64,000 nt of DNA, from NCBI GenBank assembly GCA_963663895.2, contig CAXXRD010000001.1, positions 352,001-416,000 on the forward strand, given 5' to 3'. Origin of the DNA: Dehalococcoidia bacterium. Lineage in GTDB: Bacteria > Chloroflexota > Dehalococcoidia > Bin125. The notes under the pieces are model-generated. The model saw only the letters and a list, made by a program, of their open reading frames with translations. It searched no databases and had not been told where the DNA came from. A program made the translations under genes and the position numbers. Below, piece after piece: positions 59,540-64,000 of this stretch. Positions within the stretch are counted from its first letter, which is position 1. Every line of letters begins with the position of its first letter.

Positions 59540-60418
59540 CTAGCGCTCCGGGCGCAAGCCGGGCCGTATCCGCACACCGACCTCAAGCTCGCTGTCTTCC
59601 CCTCCCTGGAGAACGCCGCGCGTCGGAGGCACGTCGTGATAGTCGCGTCCCACCGCGACGCGCACGTAGCGCTCGTCGGCGACGCTCTGGTTCGTGGGAT
59701 CGAAGCCGATCCAGCCGAGATCCGGCAACCGGCACTCGACCCACGCGTGCATCGCCGTTTGCGGTCCGTGCTCACCGGATCGGCTGCCGACATGCAGATA
59801 GCCGGAAACGTAACGAGCCGGCACGCCCCAGGAACGCGCGATGGCGATCATGACGTGGGCGTAGTCTTGGCAAACGCCCGATCCGGACTCCAAGATATGC
59901 TCCATCGGGGAGCCCACCGAGGTACTCCCGGGGACGTACCGGAAGCTGCGGTACAGCGTGTCGGAGAGTCGTAGCAAGGCCTCCAACGGGTCACCCTCCG
60001 CCTTAATGTTCCCCCGCTCCACAAAGGCCGTGAGGGCGGACGAGGGCCGCGCCAGCGCACTCGCGTGCGTGAAATCCCAGTGCGCGAACGCCTTGCTCCA
60101 AGAGCGAATCTCTTCCCAGGCAGCAGTGCTCAGGGAACCCGGGAGGGGAGCGGACGGCGCCACCTCGACCGTGGAGCGAGTGGTGATCGCCAGCGCTTCG
60201 TGCTCCCGGTGAATATTGAGCACATGCTTGGTGTTGCCGAAGCAGTCCTGCTCGCTGGTCACGGGAGCCGCAGGTGCGGTCGTGACCTCGAAGCGCAGGA
60301 GGCGTTGACCGCAGTCCTCGCGCGGTTGCAGGCAGAGGGACATCACGCAGCGCTGCACCGGCGCGCGATAGAGATACGAGGTGACGTGCTCGATCTCGTA
60401 GCGCACGGGACCGATCAC
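59540..60418 (-). CDS. Transglutaminase-like protein with bacterial N-terminal domain
   Basis: GVCQDYAH, ARYVSGY, HAWVE, GFDPTN, GRDYHDVPP. Confidence 0.93.
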   Translation of the reverse strand: MIGPVRYEIEHVTSYLYRAPVQRCVMSLCLQPREDCGQRLLRFEVTTAPAAPVTSEQDCFGNTKHVLNIHREHEALAITTRSTVEVAPSAPLPGSLSTAAWEEIRSWSKAFAHWDFTHASALARPSSALTAFVERGNIKAEGDPLEALLRLSDTLYRSFRYVPGSTSVGSPMEHILESGSGVCQDYAHVMIAIARSWGVPARYVSGYLHVGSRSGEHGPQTAMHAWVECRLPDLGWIGFDPTNQSVADERYVRVAVGRDYHDVPPTRGVLQGGEDSELEVGVRIRPGLRPER

Positions 60419-60422
60419 GAAG

Positions 60423-61391
60423 TCAGCGCGCCGGAAGGTCTGCGATCGGGTAATCGAAATAGGTGGCGGTCACGAGATCGTGCAGCTCCCAGCAGTCCGC
60501 GCCCATCTGCTGCAGAAGGGCTCCGCGGTCCTCTCGTACCGGCCACTCGGACTGGACCAGGGCGACCAGGCGGGAAGCCCGCTGCTGCACCGCATCACTT
60601 GTCTGCGCGTTCGGACCGGCACCGATGACGGCGATCTCCGCCGCTACCCTGTCGAGCGACCGGCGGAGCGAGTAAGGCAGCAGGGGGTCCGTCGCGAGCA
60701 GGTCCAACACTTGGCCCGGCTCCACGGCGACGCTATAGCGGCGATCATAGGCCTCGAACGCATGGTACGCGCGCAACAGGCTGGTCCAGTCCGCTTCCGA
60801 GTACTCCCCGGTCATCCGGTCGGCGGCGAGCTGCGCGAGAAACAACGCCACTGCGCGTTGCGCGCGCTCGACGAAGCGCCCGAGTTGCAGGAAGCGCCAG
60901 CCGCTATCGCGGTACATGGTGGCGGAGGTCACGCCCATGAAGGTATCGACCTCCGCCGCCGTTTCCGCGTAGAAACTCTCCGGGGAAGCAGACCAGATAT
61001 CTTGAATGCCCAGCTTCTGGATCCGCAGGTAGGCCAAATTCAGGCCGGTCCACATTTCAGCGCTGATGCAGTGGCGCATCTGCCGGGCGTTCTCCCGGCC
61101 GAGCGCGAAACAGCTCCAGACGGAATCAGGGTTCGAGCGTTCGAACGTGAGGTCGTCGGCCAGCGTGTAGGAATCGGCCAGCGTGTAGTCCTCGCCGCCA
61201 AGGGGATCGAGATCGCCCATGGGAGGCCGCCGGTTCACGCTGTTATAGATGCGGCTCCAGCCAAAATGAATCTCCCGGATCGGACGATCCACCAGCGCCT
61301 CCGTCTGCAGCTGCAGCAGGCGACAGAGATGCTCCGCCCGCTCAAGATAGCGTCCCATCCAGTAGAGGCCCTGGGCACTGCGTGAAAGCAT
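60423..61391 (-). CDS. Alpha-E domain protein
   Basis: MLSRSAQGLYWMGRYLERAE, RENAR, LGRFVERA (duplicated ER motifs). Confidence 0.92.
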   Translation of the reverse strand: MLSRSAQGLYWMGRYLERAEHLCRLLQLQTEALVDRPIREIHFGWSRIYNSVNRRPPMGDLDPLGGEDYTLADSYTLADDLTFERSNPDSVWSCFALGRENARQMRHCISAEMWTGLNLAYLRIQKLGIQDIWSASPESFYAETAAEVDTFMGVTSATMYRDSGWRFLQLGRFVERAQRAVALFLAQLAADRMTGEYSEADWTSLLRAYHAFEAYDRRYSVAVEPGQVLDLLATDPLLPYSLRRSLDRVAAEIAVIGAGPNAQTSDAVQQRASRLVALVQSEWPVREDRGALLQQMGADCWELHDLVTATYFDYPIADLPAR

Positions 61392-61396
61392 GCGGC

Positions 61397-62830
61397 TCAG
61401 TCCTCCAACACCCAAAGATCTTTGCCACCCCCGCCCTGACTGGAGTTCACCACGAGACTGCCCCGGCGCAGGGCGACACGGCAGAACGCTCCGGGCACGA
61501 GGCGAGGCTCGCGTCCGTAAAGTACGAAGGGGCGCAGATCCACATGACGCGGCTCGAACCGCCCCTCGATCAGGCAGGGGGCACGGGAGAGGGCGAGCAC
61601 GGGTTGCGAGACGAAGTCGGCCGGATTAGCGCGCACCTGTGCAGCGTACGCTTCACGCTCCTCGGGCGTCGCATGCGGGCCGACCAGCATGCCGTAGCCT
61701 CCGGACTCCCCCACACGCTTGACGACTAAGTTCTCCAAGTTATCGAGCGTATACTCAAGATCTTCGGGGCGCCGGCAGAGGTACGTCTCGACGTTCGCCA
61801 GCAGCGGCTCTTCGCTCAAGTAGTAGCGAATCATGTCGGGCACATAGGCATAGACGCTCTTATCGTCCGCGACTCCCGTGCCAGGCGCGTTCACCAGGGA
61901 GACGTTTCCTCGCTTATAGGCGTGCAGCAGCCCTGGCACACCGAGCAGAGAATCCGGCCGGAAAACCAACGGATCAAGGAAATCGTCGTCCACGCGCCGG
62001 TAGATCACGTCGACGCGCCGCAGGCCGGTGGTTGTGCGCATATAGACGAAGCCGTCGTTGACCAGCAGATCGCGGCCCTCCACGAGCTCCGCGCCGATCT
62101 CGCGGGCCAGGAACATATGCTCGTAGAAGGCGGAGTTGTAGACCCCGGGCGTCAGCAGTGCGATGCCCGGATCGGACTGCCCGTGCGGCGCCAGATCCCG
62201 CAGGGTCGCCAGCAGCATGCGCCCGTAGTGTTCGACATCCCGCACGCGTGAGCTTCGATACAGCCGACGCATCCTCGTCTTGACCGCCTTCCGGTTCGCG
62301 AGCATGTAGGAGACGCCCGAAGGAACCCGCAGGTTGTCCTCAAGAACCTGGAAGCCGTCGTTGGTGCGCACGAGATCGGTGCCGCAAATAGCGACCCAGA
62401 CCCCCTGAGGAGCGGAGACGCCGCGCATCTCGACGCGATACTGGGGACACCCGCGCACTACCTCCACCGGAATCACGCCCTCAGTGATAAGGCGGGCCTC
62501 GCCGTAGATATCCTCCAGGAAGCGGTTCAGGGCTTTGAGGCGCTGAATCAAGCCGCTTTCGAGAAGCCGCCATTCCGCACCCGAGAGCACGCGGGGCACG
62601 CAGTCGATAGGGATGATGCGCTCGTCCGCCTCGTCGTCTCCATAGACGGTGAAGGTGATGCCTTCATTCGAAAACGAGCGCGTCACCCGTTCCTGAACGC
62701 TCTCCAACTCCCCAGGGGAGAGCCGTGTCAGCGCTTCGTAGAGTCCGCGGCAATGCTCCCGCGGCCTGCCGTCCGGCAGGAACATCTCATCGTAGATGTC
62801 GGCATCAAGGGCGTAGCTGTCGAAATCCAT
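61397..62830 (-). CDS. Circularly permuted type 2 ATP-grasp protein
   Basis: LEDNLRVPSGVSY, YRRVDDDFLDP, GVADDK, GGYGM, VDLRP, VVNSSQGGGGKD. Confidence 0.95.
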   Translation of the reverse strand: MDFDSYALDADIYDEMFLPDGRPREHCRGLYEALTRLSPGELESVQERVTRSFSNEGITFTVYGDDEADERIIPIDCVPRVLSGAEWRLLESGLIQRLKALNRFLEDIYGEARLITEGVIPVEVVRGCPQYRVEMRGVSAPQGVWVAICGTDLVRTNDGFQVLEDNLRVPSGVSYMLANRKAVKTRMRRLYRSSRVRDVEHYGRMLLATLRDLAPHGQSDPGIALLTPGVYNSAFYEHMFLAREIGAELVEGRDLLVNDGFVYMRTTTGLRRVDVIYRRVDDDFLDPLVFRPDSLLGVPGLLHAYKRGNVSLVNAPGTGVADDKSVYAYVPDMIRYYLSEEPLLANVETYLCRRPEDLEYTLDNLENLVVKRVGESGGYGMLVGPHATPEEREAYAAQVRANPADFVSQPVLALSRAPCLIEGRFEPRHVDLRPFVLYGREPRLVPGAFCRVALRRGSLVVNSSQGGGGKDLWVLED

Positions 62831-63010
62831 GGCAACGACCCCCGGTTACCCTAAGGCATCCCCGTCCACAACGCGCTGCGAAGCACGTGCAAGCCAAGCA
62901 ACGAGCGAGCATTCGCTCCGGCAGCGCTGCATTACACAACCCGCTGCGCATTCGGCCGCCAGGCACGCGCCGGCACTGTAGAGACCTTGCCCAAACCACG
63001 CCTCCGATCG

Positions 63011-64000
63011 CTAGCTCGCGAGAGAGCCGGCGGCGCCCTCCCTGTCTGCCTCGGCTATAACCGGGGACTCCTCCTCAGCGTCGCCTTCCTCCGGCGCCGA
63101 GGGAGGCACCAAGGGCAACTCAATCAGCATTTCCGTGAACTGGCCGGGCTCGGACTCGACCCGAATAGCGCCGCCGTGCTGACGGATGATGTCACTCGAT
63201 AGCGCCAGGCCCAAACCGGTGCCCTGATCGGTGGGCTTGGTCGTGAAGAACGGGTTGAAAATCTTCTCGATAACGTCGGGCGGGATCCCTCCTCCGTTGT
63301 CCTTGATACTGATCTCGACCTGGTCTTCTCCCCGCCGGGTGCTGAGCCACAGCGTCGGAGCGTAGGGCTCGGCACCTTCCCCTGCTTCCGCAGCGGCACG
63401 CCGCTTCTCATCGGTCGCATCACAGGCGTTTCCCACCATGTTCAGGAAGACGCGGCCCAAGTCCTGCGGAATAACTTCGAGCTCGCCCACGTCAGGGTCG
63501 AGATCGTGCTGTATATCGAGCTGGAAATTCGAATCGGTCGCCCGCGCGCTGTGGTAGGCGAGCCGGGCATGCTCATCCAGCAGACGGTTGATATCGGCCG
63601 GGCGCCGCTCGCCCGATCCTCTCCCCATGGCGAGCATGTCTTGAACGATCCGGTTGGCGCGTTCGCCGTGTGAGCGGATCCGCTCGAGATTGTCCGTGAG
63701 ATCGCCGGAGATCTCCTGGATGAGCGACCGCTGGTCCTCGGTCAAATTCTCACTGCTCTCCTCAAGGGTCTCGGCGAGCTCCGTAAGCAACTCTGCCGAG
63801 GCCTCGGAGAAGTTCTTGACAAAGTTCAGCGGGTTCTTGATCTCATGCGCCACACCCGCAGTGAGCTCACCGAGCGCCGCCAGCTTCTCGCGCGTGACGA
63901 TCTGATCTTGCGCCCGGCGCAGGTCGGCCAGCACTCGCTCCAGCTCCGCGTTCTTTCCTTGCACCTCTTCCGCCAGCTTCTCCACCAAGTTCAGACGCTG
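63011..64000 (-). CDS. Sensor histidine kinase, C-terminal part (5' truncated by window edge)
   Basis: AHEIKNPLN H-box, NMVGNA N-box, DNGGG, FFTTK, GTGLGL. Confidence 0.93.
   Translation of the reverse strand, partial: QRLNLVEKLAEEVQGKNAELERVLADLRRAQDQIVTREKLAALGELTAGVAHEIKNPLNFVKNFSEASAELLTELAETLEESSENLTEDQRSLIQEISGDLTDNLERIRSHGERANRIVQDMLAMGRGSGERRPADINRLLDEHARLAYHSARATDSNFQLDIQHDLDPDVGELEVIPQDLGRVFLNMVGNACDATDEKRRAAAEAGEGAEPYAPTLWLSTRRGEDQVEISIKDNGGGIPPDVIEKIFNPFFTTKPTDQGTGLGLALSSDIIRQHGGAIRVESEPGQFTEMLIELPLVPPSAPEEGDAEEESPVIAEADREGAAGSLAS

Overview
High-GC bacterial chromosome segment. The gene content (LLM/F420-type oxidoreductases, a T-box-controlled trp operon, remA-gmk, EF-G2, a large FN3-repeat surface protein, GAAC-N4-GTTC boxes) suggests Chloroflexota, probably Dehalococcoidia-like and possibly host-associated; this taxonomy is inference. 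Layout: 1-3.6 kb metabolic genes. 3.7-10.9 kb defence-like islet: Fic AMPylase, frameshifted Type IIG/Eco57I-like R-M fusion with a low-GC specificity segment, a convergent Ser/Thr kinase whose promoter holds a LexA-type box and a 4x repeated -10 hexamer, and a Fic remnant. 14-21.5 kb inositol-glycolipid (PIM-like) cluster: hisN/IMPase, ino1, two PatA-like acyltransferases, PHP phosphoesterase, PimA-like GT4, PgsA1-like synthase. 21.5-51.3 kb core genes: prfB with programmed frameshift, folD, acpS, nnr, fabF, recJ, EF-G2, tyrS, ribF, scpA, aroF, aroH, trpEGDCFBA with two inserted genes under a Trp T-box, gmk, remA, aroA, tyrA. 51.5-59.5 kb envelope/accessory genes and tRNA-Arg(TCT), followed by an FN3-type surface protein with a G20 tract after its start codon, orphan alternative C-terminal fragments and a BrnT/BrnA module between direct repeats. 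59.5-64 kb CP-ATP-grasp/alpha-E/transglutaminase operon and a partial histidine kinase. Best candidates for undescribed biology: the PIM-like operon with extra enzymes, the putative phase-variable cassette-bearing surface-protein locus, and the putative SOS-controlled kinase next to the R-M gene. Start codons were re-called by eye, and family calls come from motif recognition, not database searches.
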